From Somniosus microcephalus (lineage: Eukaryota), in the NCBI GenBank assembly GCA_052327205.1, contig CM126214.1, forward strand, positions 31,248,001 through 31,312,000: a stretch of DNA of 64,000 nt, in the 5' to 3' direction. The notes under the pieces were generated by a model that worked only from the letters and a program-made list of their open reading frames with translations, did not search any database and was not told where the DNA came from. Positions 25,370 through 37,600 of the stretch are shown in pieces. A program made the position numbers and the translations under genes. Position 1 is the first letter of the stretch. Each line of letters begins with the position of its first letter.

Positions 25370-25734
25370 AACGGCTCGAGGCCTGTGCCAAATTTGGTAT
25401 TGGGCCTGCTTTGAACGGAAGAGGCGAGCTGTGGGCTCGTCAAACAGGGGCCTCACAAATTCCAGCTGGCACCACCACCGAGCCGGCCTGGAAGTAGATC
25501 TTGGGTGGGAGAGGGAGAAAGAGGCTGAACCAAAGGGACGAGCCTGGGCCGGCAGTAGGACCCCGATTTGCATAGTAAAGCAGCATTGCGTCCCCGTTTA
25601 CAGGGTGATCTGAATATGGCATGAGGCAGGTCTTGGGCAGCAATGGGGCCGCCGAGGTACCCTTTCCAATTTTCAACTCTTGGCCGCCCATTTTTCAGGT
25701 GCAAAATGGGATGTCTGTGCGTTGAATATTGCCC
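25370..25734. mobile_element. GC-rich MITE remnant (one Harbinger-type end)
   Basis: Local GC/CpG-rich block ending TTGAATATTGCCC, resembling other MITE termini in the window. The left end is not recognisable. Confidence 0.35.
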
Positions 25735-28700
25735 TTCATTGTGTCTTAGTTAAAACCAGCTGCCTAGGGAGACAAAAAAATTCCCTGGGACTACTGGTAC
25801 TCTTATAGTTAAAACAACCCACGTAAAACAGCATTTCAGTAGGTGAAGAGCAAAGTCATTTTAATCCGTGGTACTTGTTTAAAACTAATAATATGTAATA
25901 TGCCATTAATTTCAAATGCCGTAATTGTGCAGTACTAATTAACCAACTGTCATTTTTTGTCTTTTTCATTTTTGTGAGTTTTTTTTTGAAGGGACTGGAT
26001 CATTTTTTTCATGTTGATCTCCGTTGTCAGCATCAAGCACTGGCAGGTTAGATATATCGCCTCTAGCTGCGAAGTAAAGCTCTCTCTACTCTGCCCCAGC
26101 ACTATGCCTGATCTCCAACCTGAAGATCTGGCTTCCTCTGTAAAGCTTTAAGGGGACTATATTAATGCAAGTTGTTGTTTTGCATTCTCAGCACCATCAG
26201 GCCACTTTGAGAAATTTTCGCTACTTATCAAAAGTATGAGCAGATTTATACTGTGGGCCTAAATCCACTAATAACTGCACTGAGACTGTACACACAGATA
26301 GTCACCTCACTCAGGGTAGGTTCATTGCTGGCCTACAGACTGCTCGTCCGATTTTCAATTAAATTAGTGGATTCAAATTTCTGATGCCCCAGGTGACTGA
26401 TGGAAAGCGGGAACTTTGAATCTGCTTATTTCATTCCAAACATGTATAAGTGGGCAAACCAATTCTGGCAAACAAGCCCGCCTCAAGGTGAGTAGAGGTA
26501 GTCGCCTCAGAGATGACTGCATTTGCCTTGTTCAGGGTGGGCTGATTGCGGGGACTTGACAGCTGCTGGCCTGCCTGACTGTGTATTTGTTGTTAAAACA
26601 GTGGATTCAAACTTTTCATACTCCAGGAAGCTGCCCCATCAGTCACCACAGTTCCTCAGCGCACGGGAAGTTTGAATCTGTTCAGTTTAATGTATGTGCA
26701 TTCTGTGACCACCCATCCCCACTCACATATATATGCAATATGCCTCAGACCTATTCCCTCAATGGTTTGTGTAAATTGGCAACTATGGCAGCCCACATGC
26801 ATTCCACATTGAGTGCTCACAACCAGCAGATGAACCTATTGGATCCGTCTATGCAGGATTCAAATTTAGGTACTCGAGTTGAAAGGACAATATGTTGAGC
26901 CCATTCCACTATTTAATTAAAAATGATTAATAACAAAAACAAATGAACTAATTGTTTGCTCTCTCAACCAACCAATGTACGCATAACACAATCTTGTACT
27001 ATTGTACTGCAAATAGATGTTACCTGGTCATTCACATTCTGTGCTACTGATATTACTACTGTAGCAAGGTGTCAGAAACTGTGGCCAGACAACATTCACA
27101 TTCTTTCTGTATCTCTGTGTTTAAGAAATGTTGAGATAATATTCAAGATAACACCTATTTTAACTTAAACAACATTGTACACAAGACCTGACAAGATACT
27201 ATTGGAAGAAAACGTCAATCCACTTAAATTCATGTTAGTAAACTCTTCCCCCAAAAACGAGCAATAGCAAAGCAATGTTTAGAGACCCAGGCCATTTGTG
27301 AAAACTAATTTTGTACCTAACACCTACTGTTGCCCATTCTAAATTATAGCGCAGACACCCACAAGCCACAGGCCTCAACTTCACTGTTTCGCACTGTTTT
27401 ACATGCCTTTACACTATGACTACAACTAACACTACAGACCTGACTATAAAGATAGTTTCTCAAATCAATATGTTTTGATATGATGCACATATGAACATTG
27501 TTTCCTATTTTACTTCAGGCAATTTCTCAAGGCTCAGTGGTCCACTGGCAGTGAGTTTCTTCAAAGTTAACAAATGAAATATGGATATTAGCAGTAATAT
27601 ACATTTTTGCATGGTCTTCCAATATATTTTATGTAAAGGAATGGAAACGGGCAGGAACAGAAAAGGGTATCAGAATGGCAAAGAAGAGGAAGGAACAAGT
27701 GAAAGACGGATGAACAGATAATTAACAAAGACGCAAAGAAAGAAATGAAAAGCAAAGAAGTGGAGAGAAATAAGAAATGTCTCTTAAGGGCTGATATATT
27801 TAATGAAAGAATGAAGAAGTGACAAAGAAAATACTGCAAGGAAAGGAACATAGTAAGACTGAATAAGTAAATAAAGTATACTACCAAATGAGCATTCAGG
27901 TTCCGAATTATGTGTACATTATGCCAAACCCTTTCACTTTCGTTTCACCTTAAAACACAAGATGAAATGTCTTCTTGTTCTATATGGGAAGTTCCCTTTG
28001 TCTGTTATTATTAAAGAATGTTTATAATGCTTCTAGACCATGAAACTATTTAAATAATTAATAGGACAATAATGCAGCTTTGTTATCCGATACAGACTGT
28101 CTGGACTGATTAGCTACACTTGAACTGCTTTCAGATTACTGCAAGCTGCTCTCCCTCTTCAAAATAGATTTCACATTCCTGATTCTTAGAAAAAAATGCA
28201 GACAAACGAATTATAAATTTATGGCATCTTTAGAGATCTCTTTATTTACATCTTATGTTCCAGTCGTTATTGAGGTTTTTAATTTAGAAATCAATCCTTC
28301 TATTTCCTTGTAAGTCAATCGCTCTGAAGTATAACTTTACATAGCTGAAGTAAGGAAAGAGGAAGCCGAATCTGCAAAGTTTTTCAGGTGAAATTTACTA
28401 CCTTGCTGCATTTATTAAACGACTCTTCAAGAGTATGCAAACTGAAATTTCTGGAAGGAGCAAGTGAAATGACAGTACCCGATTGCAGATAAAATCACCA
28501 CTATACCTTGTCTCTGTTAAATAAAACAACTTCAGTATGCAACTAATAGAACCTTTCCCACCAGGTAATACATTCAACTAGAACATAAGTAAATATATAA
28601 CTGCGTAAAAAGTGTTACTGTATGAATAAACACGATAAGGCGAAGGGTTCCCTTACTGAATTACATGACGATTATACACCTGAAACTTTAAAATCATTAT

Positions 28701-28999
28701 AACTTTACTGAGAAAATAAATGTGATTAAATAACCTGCACCAGGGAGCAAATGGATTTTAGTGAAAACAGAGTTTACAAAGCAATAAGCAACTTTAACCT
28801 GCAGGATTTCCAAAAATGCACTAAATGTGCTCCTTACTGGAGAAGCTCGACACCTGCTAAAATACACAGCATTACTTGCTTTGCTCAAATTGATTCCCCC
28901 CCCCAAAAAAATTCCCTTACTTTATTACACTTCAGAATGATTGAATTATAATTTTGGAGGGTTTAAACAAAAAAAACTTGAGAAATAAATATGTAGCCT

Positions 29000-30110
29000 C
29001 CAATAAAAACAGTGGGAGGGGGGAGATTTGAAGGATTGGGGAATTCGCTCTGCGCTGCAGAAGTTCTTCCTATTTCAGAAACAATTTTGTAAAACTTGGT
29101 AGCAGCGGGTGGAAGTGTTCTGCACAGGACTGGGCAAAGTTGGAACGAGTCAAACGTGCGCTTTTCGGGACGCCAGTAGTTGTTTTTTTTGATGCGTGCC
29201 TTTTTAATCAGTAATCTGGATTCCTTTTGCAGGCACTGCCAGGAGGGCCAGGAGGGGAAATCAGGACTGGCGAACGGTCCCGACTCCTGACGGAAAGCAT
29301 GCTGCAGAAATTGTCCCGCCATTTTTAACAGTAACCGCGTCCCCAGGAAAATACAATGCGGTTAATATGGAAAAGTGAGAGGGGGAGGAGGGAACCCATC
29401 CACCGCGATCAATAATCAATAATCGAATTTATTAATAAATCGCCTCACATACCTGAGTCAGGCAGAGCGGAGAATACATCATCCCGACCTGGAACCAAAG
29501 TCTCAGATCATCCAAAAGTTACTGGATCATCGTGACATCTCGCCTCAGCGTCTAAATCCCACCCCCAAAAAAATAATAATAATAAAAATATATCTATATA
29601 TCTCTATATATATATATATAGAAGCGGATCTGATCAAGGAGTAACTGAAGGAAAGCGGCTCTGGAAAGCGGGCTTCATCTGTCAGCCGGTGAGAGGGACA
29701 GAGAGAGAGGGAGGGAGGGAAAGAGAGAGAGGAGAGGAATAAAGGAGAGCGATCCGGGAATGACGCGACCGTCCTGACCAAGCCCCAAACACATCTGACT
29801 TCAGGCAATTTCTGCCATTAGACCCAAATTTCAGCACCACTCGGAGCCCGCTGTCAGCCAATGGACCGAGGCCACTCAGAAACAGCCGGCGATGTAAATA
29901 AACCCAACTTCTTTTCCTCTTTTTTTTTGGTTTAACTCTTTGCTGCTTGCGATTGGTTTTTTTCCCCCGATAACCGTTCGCCAAAAGGCGCGTGGGGGCA
30001 GAATAAAAAAAAGTTAGCGCCGCTTTAAGAGCCGCGATTTAAAGGGAGACTTTCCCCCCCAGACGCAACGCAGCTCTCACAAGTCACTGCGTTCTGACAC
30101 ACACAACGGT
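29000..30110 (-). promoter_or_regulatory. CpG-island proximal promoter, 5' UTR and start of intron 1 of the NFI gene
   Basis: Sharp CpG enrichment, no TEs. CCAAT boxes at 29858-29862 (+) and 29952-29956 (-). (TA)n and (GA)n tracts at 29590-29740. YY1-type CCGCCATTTT at 29316-29325. Confidence 0.75.
29453..29482 (-). CDS. NFIC: Nuclear factor I coding exon 1 (MMYSPLCLTQ); family certain, paralogue probably NFIC
   Basis: Minus strand reads GTCGGG ATG ATG TAT TCT CCG CTC TGC CTG ACT CAG|GTATGT, the canonical NFI exon-1 peptide with a phase-0 donor. NFIC is favoured by the CGGGATG context as I recall it, the upstream Met-type exon and the long intron 1. NFIA or NFIB are not excluded. Confidence 0.85.
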
Positions 30111-31779
30111 ACTCAGTGCTGGAGAGAAAAAAAGCTTCATTGCAATTTTGTTTCCCGCTGTTCTTTCTCACCCGTAAATGGTATTATAAAAATTCACAAC
30201 AATTAAGTCCATGGACAAAATTATAAAAGCCAACATTCCCATACAGGGCCCGCTAATAGAGGATTGTTTTCTATCCGACACATTTTGCAGCAATGTTTCA
30301 ATTATTATCCTTATAATTCTGCCGGAAGATATAGAACAGAAATATTGTTCTCCAGTTCCCCCCCCCCCCCCAAAAATGCCCCATGAGTGAAGTGAAATCC
30401 GCGAGCCCAAACACATTTTTCTCTGTCCTCTCAACTTTATGATAAAGTTCAAATCTTTAAACAGAATCAGTCAAATCAAAACTGCAAAAGTCGAAGTTAA
30501 TTGTAAAGTAACGACAGTGCACAGGACTTTCTTGGAAGCTAGTGTACTGTTACATAAGGAAATGCGCTCTAAAACAGGCCGACAAAACAATTATTGCTTC
30601 CCGGCAGAAAAATAGCAATTTGCGTACGTACATGGTTCTCCTATTTAAAAGACGTGCCTTTAAATGTATCAGAATATAAATACAGTGAGACCTTGGCGTG
30701 GATAATTGTACAGTGATTTTAGCACTGCCATGATTTGTGTGCTTATTAAATGCTGGGTGTCAGTGGGGAAGGGTAGCCTAAAGCGCATAATAAAATTGAT
30801 TGTTTACTCTGCCGAATAGTGCATTTCTTTTCACTAACCGACGTTATCAGCACAAACCATTCTGTGCACCAATAGACCAACGCAATGTGGCCACTTCACC
30901 GAGCTATTCCGACGCATTGTTTCCTTAGCAGATGAGAGCATGCTATTATGACTGCATAGTGAGCCACCAAAACGGAAGGCAAAGGGCACAGCATTTTATA
31001 TCTGCCATATATATTCAAATAAAATCTGATCTCTTAAAAATTAAATGCTTTTTCTAACGACCTGGATTACAGGCATGTACTATTATCTCTCCTGGTCGTG
31101 ATGCCAAGTGCAATCTGCATGTCGCTTCAGTAGGTCAGACAGCATTTTTGCCTCTAACAATTTAACCACAATATTCATCAGCTCAAGAATATATGTGAAG
31201 TTTGCATGGGCCTGCAGATGGATGGAATTTCAGAATAGTGAAAGTTATTTTAAACGCTGGTTTACACACGGTTTTATACATCACTGATTAAAATGCAGAC
31301 GGACCGATATTCTCTGAAGTAAACTTTATAGATCAAACCACCTTCCACTTGGTACTTTTACACAAACATTACACTATACAATAACATACTGCAGAAACCC
31401 TTTCTTCTGTAAGTGTTTAATTTAAGAGTAATATTAAAGAAAGGGAACTAAGGATTCCTAAACAGCTAGCTAATTATTCAATATTTGCAGTTAACACGAA
31501 TGCATTTCCGGCTGGTCACGGCGAATTTAAATAGCCAATCTATTTTCTGGGCCTATATATAGCATATTAAATATAAAACTAGAACAGTACTGCTTCAGTC
31601 TCCGAACTTTGTTAATGTGGGCTGGGAAATCTATTTTAAAACTACTGAAAGTCAAAAATCTATGCACCGAACTTTTCAAATTGGGGGTTTAAAAAAGATA
31701 TTTAATGACACTTGGGAGATGACTGTGAGCTTTAGCAAAGGTGTACTGGGCATGTTTAGCAGGCCGAAAAAAGAAGTAA

Positions 31780-32031
31780 TGTCCCTTTAAAAGGGAGGTG
31801 GATTAGAAACGCGTCCCAGCCTTGGTGGCAGCGTCTCGGTTCACGAGTCAAGTTCAAGCCGGCGGCTCCTCCGAGCTCCTCGGCCATTGCCGCTCCGATC
31901 ACACACGCTTGAACTTGGGCTCGAAATGTACGTCGGCAATGCACACGTATACAGATCACGCACAAATTCATTTCAGCTGGCAAGCAAACTGCTCACAGAT
32001 GGGAAATCTGCCAAGCTCAGCGCTTTTGCTT

Positions 32032-32062
<31 letters not shown>

Positions 32063-32830
32063 TCCCCCTCCCCTTTAAAACACCACAAAATCTTGGCGCA
32101 AACCCGATCACACAAGCAACAGAGAGCGGCAACTGCAACACCCAGACAGACAGCAGAACCAACACACAACCCCGATCCGACCGGGCAGTGAAATAAATAT
32201 ACGTACCATTGCCATGCGAAAGTACGTAATCAACTTGCACTCGAAATAGAAGCGTGCCTAACGCTCCATTTGTATTCCTTTGCAATTCTCCTACTTCATC
32301 CAGAGAAATATTTGCCCTCGGTCTTGGCTCTGTGTTTTGTGTGTGTGTGTGTGTTTTGTTTTCTCTCTCTCTCGCTTCTTCTAACAAATCCGATGGAAAA
32401 GTGAAGGCAACCGGCGGGTCCTGATTGCCCAGGAGAAAGATGGGGGAGGGCTGCCTTGGCCGCTTTAGTGATGAGTTGATGGCGTAGTATAAAAATATTA
32501 CAGAAGTAAAGCGAGCGAGCGAGGCGTGCTGTTTATTTCCGCAATGGCTTATTTGCATAGGAAAATCACTTCATTACTATACGCTCTGAGCTTTTTTTTT
32601 TGCACACAACCATCGCTGCAGAGAGGAGATTGTGTGCATCGCTTTATATTTTTCTTTTTGCCAGCGAAATAAAACAGAGCGTCGTTATTCAACCACGCCT
32701 GTACACCGAGCAATCTTTAGTTAAATTCGAGGTTGGAGCAATGCTGCAAAGTATCTAAGGGAGGAGCACGTGGTGCTGGACGGCGCGATGTGGCGATGCC
32801 TGCAGGCTGAAGCTTTGGGAAACGGGATTT
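31780..32830 (-). promoter_or_regulatory. Second CpG island: upstream alternative promoter of the NFI gene
   Basis: CpG-rich and TE-free, with (CT)n and (GT)n tracts and an octamer ATTTGCAT at 32551-32558. It surrounds the alternative first exon. Confidence 0.65.
32207..32215 (-). CDS. NFIC: Alternative first exon, coding part ATG GCA ATG|GTACGT (MAM or M only, spliced to DEFHPF...)
   Basis: ATG directly abuts a GTACGT donor in phase 0 inside a CpG island. Met-only upstream first exons are known for NFI genes (MDEFHPF isoforms). Confidence 0.6.
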
Positions 32831-33419
32831 TTCAACATTAAAAAAAAAATCAAGATCACGCAAATAAATAGTTCCCATTCTCTAATGACTAAAGGACAAA
32901 TATGCTGTAATACCACAAATAGTCGTTTCTCAACTAAAACAACTTTTCTTTTGAAGGAGAAACAAATTAAACGATTGGGCTAATATCGCTTCTTAAAAAT
33001 CAAGCTGATTTTTAAAAAAAAGAATCAACGTAGTTACATCAGTAAAGAGGGCAATATTTATTTTAAAATAGGAAAAATAAACTTTTACATGTAGTCCAGC
33101 CTACGGTGTCTCGCAACAAGAGTTAATCATAAGAACTGCTCTATAACTACACAGGAAATACACCTTTAATTTATAGACTTGAAATCGCGATCACGCCGAA
33201 AAATGTAGAATAAAAGTGGGAATGATGTGACGATCAGGAGCTTTTCCATCATATATTGCTAGGTAATTTCGTTTTGCAATTTTTGGGGAGTGAATTGGCT
33301 GCTTAAAGTCTTTTAAAAACACGAATCGATCTCGAATTGGAGGGGAAAGTTCATTTAAAGTAGTGTTGTCACAGAAGCAATTTCATTGTTTCCAAAAATA
33401 TACCAACTCCATGTCTTTC

Positions 33420-33782
33420 CATAGGAGGAGGCCATTCAGCCCCTCCAGTCTGTTCTGTCATTTAATTAGATCATGGCTGATCTGTACCTCAACTCCATTT
33501 ACGCGCCTCTGTCCCATATCCTTCGATACCCTTACATATCAAAAAAACTATTGATTTCAGTCTTGACATTTTTAATTGACCCAGCATTCAGCGCCTTTTG
33601 GGGGAGAGTTCCAGATTTCAAATACCCTTTGTGTGAAAAAGTGCTTCCTGATTTCACTCCTAAATGACCTACCTCTAATTTTAAGATTGTGTCCTCTTGT
33701 TTTGGATTTCCCTATCAGAGGAAATAGTTTCTCTGTATCTACTTTATCATTTTAAATATCTCGATTAGATCACCCCCTCAAC
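33420..33782 (-). mobile_element. CR1 LINE 3' end fragment
   Basis: Reverse of the CR1 tail (GGAGGCCATTCAGCCC) plus decayed FFTQRVFEIWNSLP and TRGHNLK coding. Confidence 0.85.
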
Positions 33783-34517
33783 CATAATGACTGTCCCTGG
33801 GAAACTTTGTAGCAAGTGTGTCTCATCAACCTCCCAGGACATACAGCAATACAATTCATTTCATTGTAAAATGAGTTATTGATAAAACATTAACACGCAA
33901 ATTTCACGCTTAAAATGAGAGGACTGGCAACTGTAACAGTTAAGAATTGATCAGACCGAAATCACAATGGCAGATGCATAATCAATTGATGTCTAGAAAA
34001 TGGAACTTAATAGAGAATAATTTTCTCTGCTTAATGTCATCGACTGACTGAATATTACAATGCTTTATATACTTTTCAGGAAACTTACACATTTTTTAGA
34101 GTGAATTAGAAAGCGAGTTTACATCTCAGAAGCGCCCGGTTTCTATGGGACAGATGGCAGCTTGTTCCAGGCAAAGTTAAACCGATTGAAAAATGTTACC
34201 TGCACCTGTTCCCAGCAGAGGTAATATCTACTGGAGCTCCTCGAACACTGAACTTTTATCAGACACTGACAACGCTTCAATGGTGGTAATTAACATTCAC
34301 ATACAGAGTGAGACCAGTAACTCTTTTCAGTTACTACTTTAGTGCAGAAGAACTCGAATGCCAGGCCAGATTGAGAGAAAAGCAAGTATTTGGCCGTAGA
34401 TAAAAACAAATAGAATAAAATGCAGATCTGTTCTTGAATTGTAATTTGTTTTGAAATTTCTGACGTAAACCTTTCAATTGCACTACAACCAGAGTATAAC
34501 CAACTGACAAGCAACAA

Positions 34518-34650
34518 CAGTTCGGGTGAATGGTCCACACCTGAAATGTTAACTCGTCTGTTCTCACCACAGATGCCGCCTGACCTGCTGTGTGTTTCCA
34601 ACGTCTTCTGTTTGCGGGAATTTCCAGTGTTAGATGTCTGGTTTTTAGTA
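34518..34650 (+). mobile_element. Penelope-type terminal fragment (degenerate)
   Basis: CCTGAAATGTTAACT...CCACAGATGCCGCCTGACCTGCTG, similar to 6545-6687. Confidence 0.55.
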
Positions 34651-37600
34651 TCTTTTAGAAATGGCATCCAATTAATTCCATGTTATTTTTTTTCCTGAAT
34701 TAAAGCTACGTTTACCATTCAATGTTTGCAGGTTGCAACTAAAACTAACATCAAACAACTTCTTGTTCCACTGACTAGGATGGCACTGACATAACGGAAT
34801 TGCGGAACCCCGAAGCGAGCCTTAATGCCATCTTGCTGTTTAGTGCAGATATTGTACAGCATTAACTTTCCGTGTGCGATACCCAAACTAGGATATATAA
34901 AAAAAAACCTCACCACTGAATCCACACTTTCTAATTGAGTCAAAAAAATAACTGAGCAATGACAACTGATTTTGAAGTCAATGAGACGAAAGTGGTTTGT
35001 TACCAGAAAACTGTGACTGCAAACATTGGGGGGGGGGGGGGATACATTGAATTGATTTTTTTTGGACCCTACGTTTATAAAATCGGGGTTGCCCTGATAT
35101 TAAATTTAACAAAGTGACGAAACAACTTTTGAAAGAACTTAATTTAAAAGATGAAAATGGGTGACTTGGTCATTGCAAATACACCTGTCAGTTGCTCCGC
35201 GCACACTCGGCCTGGAACAGGCCGGTGATGTCAGGTATTTCCTTGGGTTTGGAGTTCACTTTCTAGCATTCTGTAGGCTACGATGGTCTATGATGCAACG
35301 CCGTTATTATACATTTTGTTTCTATTTCTGCGGATATACTATACTGCAAGTTATGCAACATATGTATTGATTTATAAATCGCTATTCTATCCAAATAGAT
35401 AACTAATCGTGACAAATAACATAAACAAGTCAAATCTGTTGTGATGCAGTCCAAAATATGAAATCGAATAAAGCAATTGTGGAAATATATATATTTCGTT
35501 TCTTCCTGCGTTAATACATAGGACATGACTCCCCAAGAATAATTGGGACTTGAAAATTGTAATATATCACCCTGAAATATATCGTGTAAGGTCCTGCAAA
35601 TCACAAGTGCCTCATACTGGGCGACAGTTATTTCAGGGTAGCGGTGCTAATTATTAAACTACATTGTTTCTGAATGGGAAAGGCTGCATTTCATTTTGCA
35701 TATCTCACACCCACAGGCAATCAAAAAAAAAGTTGGAAACAATTTAGATACTGCTTTTCTCCATTCTGCAATGAACTCCTGTCGAGGACTTGTACAGGTC
35801 GATTTTAAAATGGATTGCAAAAAACGTTTCCTACAACTTAAGATAAATCTATGGGGAAGTCTCACAAGGAGATTACTAACATTCGAAACGATACAAATAA
35901 GACAGTCGCTAGGAAATTGCTTGGCACCACCTAGAGCAGCCATTATGTTATTTTATTGGATTTCAATGTAGCCCAAGGAGAGGCTCTGAAAAAAACATAG
36001 TAATGGGGTCAGCGAAAATACAGGAGCCGCACGGTTTCCTAACAACTCATGAAGTGATCAAATATTATACGTGTCGAGAAGGATACTTGATAACTTCGAA
36101 GTTCCGCAATGTTACACGGGATCAGGTTACAGCCGTGTTGGAGAAGGCGCATACATTTCAATTGTTGAACTCAGTAAATGTTTTAACAAATGTTTGTAAC
36201 TAACTTGTTTACAAAGAGAATAGTTGGGGGGGGGGGGGGGTGGTGGCGGGGGAGATCCAGCGGCACAAGTTTTCAGGCAACGATATACAAAATATCCCTG
36301 GGGAGACGGCAGGTTAGGAAAGAGGTGACGAGCAGAGGGAGGACGAGTAGGCTTTGACAGGGTGCAGGATCCGGAAACACAATCCGAGCACTGTAGCTGC
36401 TACCAAATATTTCCAGTAATACCTCTCAATAAATATTTAAACAGACCAGCTCAAAAAAAAATTAACTAAGGCACACTGTACATTTAGCAAGCGCGTTCTG
36501 CTGAATGGAATGCACTTTGTTAAAAGTTTGGAATATCAGTTTAGAACAAGAGTCGACAAGGAGTCTAGCACGTCGGACTGAAGCTGCTGATTATGAATAT
36601 TTAATAAAACTATGTTCGCTGTCCTTGTGTGAACACGATTACACTTTCAATTATTGATAACTGTAAATTAGGGAACAGGAATCAGAAAATGGAGATTCTC
36701 CAATAGGTGCGAGCTATACAGCAGCACCAACTTGGGTTTCACTTCGCGCGCGAGTTTGAGGAAGGTTCAGGATTTCTACGCCGCGCACACATTTATTTAA
36801 TAGAATTAATCCTTAAAACAGACTCGGTAAAACCAAATAATAGTCTTCCATCGAAGATGAATGGAAAAATCACGTCTGATAGAGTTATTTGCAGAACTAG
36901 TGTCATTTATATTATGCCGGAAAGACCTATGTGGTGAACAGGTATTGCCAACTCAAAAAGTTGAGTTTGCTGCAGAAAGTTAGCCGCAGAGAGAGAGAGA
37001 GGAGGGAAGCAATTATTAAAGGCGCTATCAGCTAAACCCCAGCTGTTCGGAGACATCAGTCCAAACAAGGACACATACACTCTGACATAAAGATTGAAAA
37101 GTACCACTTAAGCTTTACTTTCCAATTACAAGACTTTATTTGTGCTGACCCGGAAGGCAAGGGATACAATCCTCTCATGTTAATCATTTCCAATCGTGAA
37201 ATGAAACACGTTGTTAAAGGAATTGTTACATAATCCATTTCATGGGGAATTACTATACTGAAAGTCTTAAGAAACAATTCTGCTTACATTTGATACAAAA
37301 AGAGTTTCTAACCGGAATTCAGCCAGAATTAGTACTTGGAACCCACAGTTGAGAGATGAGGAGAAGGGGATTAATCCCCGAGGAGATGGTTAGATTCAAA
37401 ATAACTGGCACTTGGTGTACATTTACTTTAATAACTCCAAATAAATCTTTAGATAGGAAATATATTCTAGGTGTCCCTAATATAATCCCAGATGACAGAG
37501 AGAATGAATTTATTTCAAGTCAACATGATTCAAGTAAGTAAATAATAAAATACATACTAGCTATTTCGCCCCTTCCTTTCACACTACAGTTGTGTACAGA

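Noticed and set aside
1-29452. NFI exon 2 (DEFHPFIEALL..., about 530 nt)
   Set aside because: No minus-strand ORF contains NFI DNA-binding-domain sequence, so it must lie beyond position 1.
28963-29984. ORFs of 87-119 aa in the proximal CpG island
   Set aside because: Low-complexity translations of (TA)n/(GA)n tracts and GC-rich promoter DNA.
31968-32558. 196-aa minus-strand ORF over the upstream promoter
   Set aside because: It runs through dinucleotide microsatellites, is in a different frame from the ATG|GT exon and resembles no protein I know.
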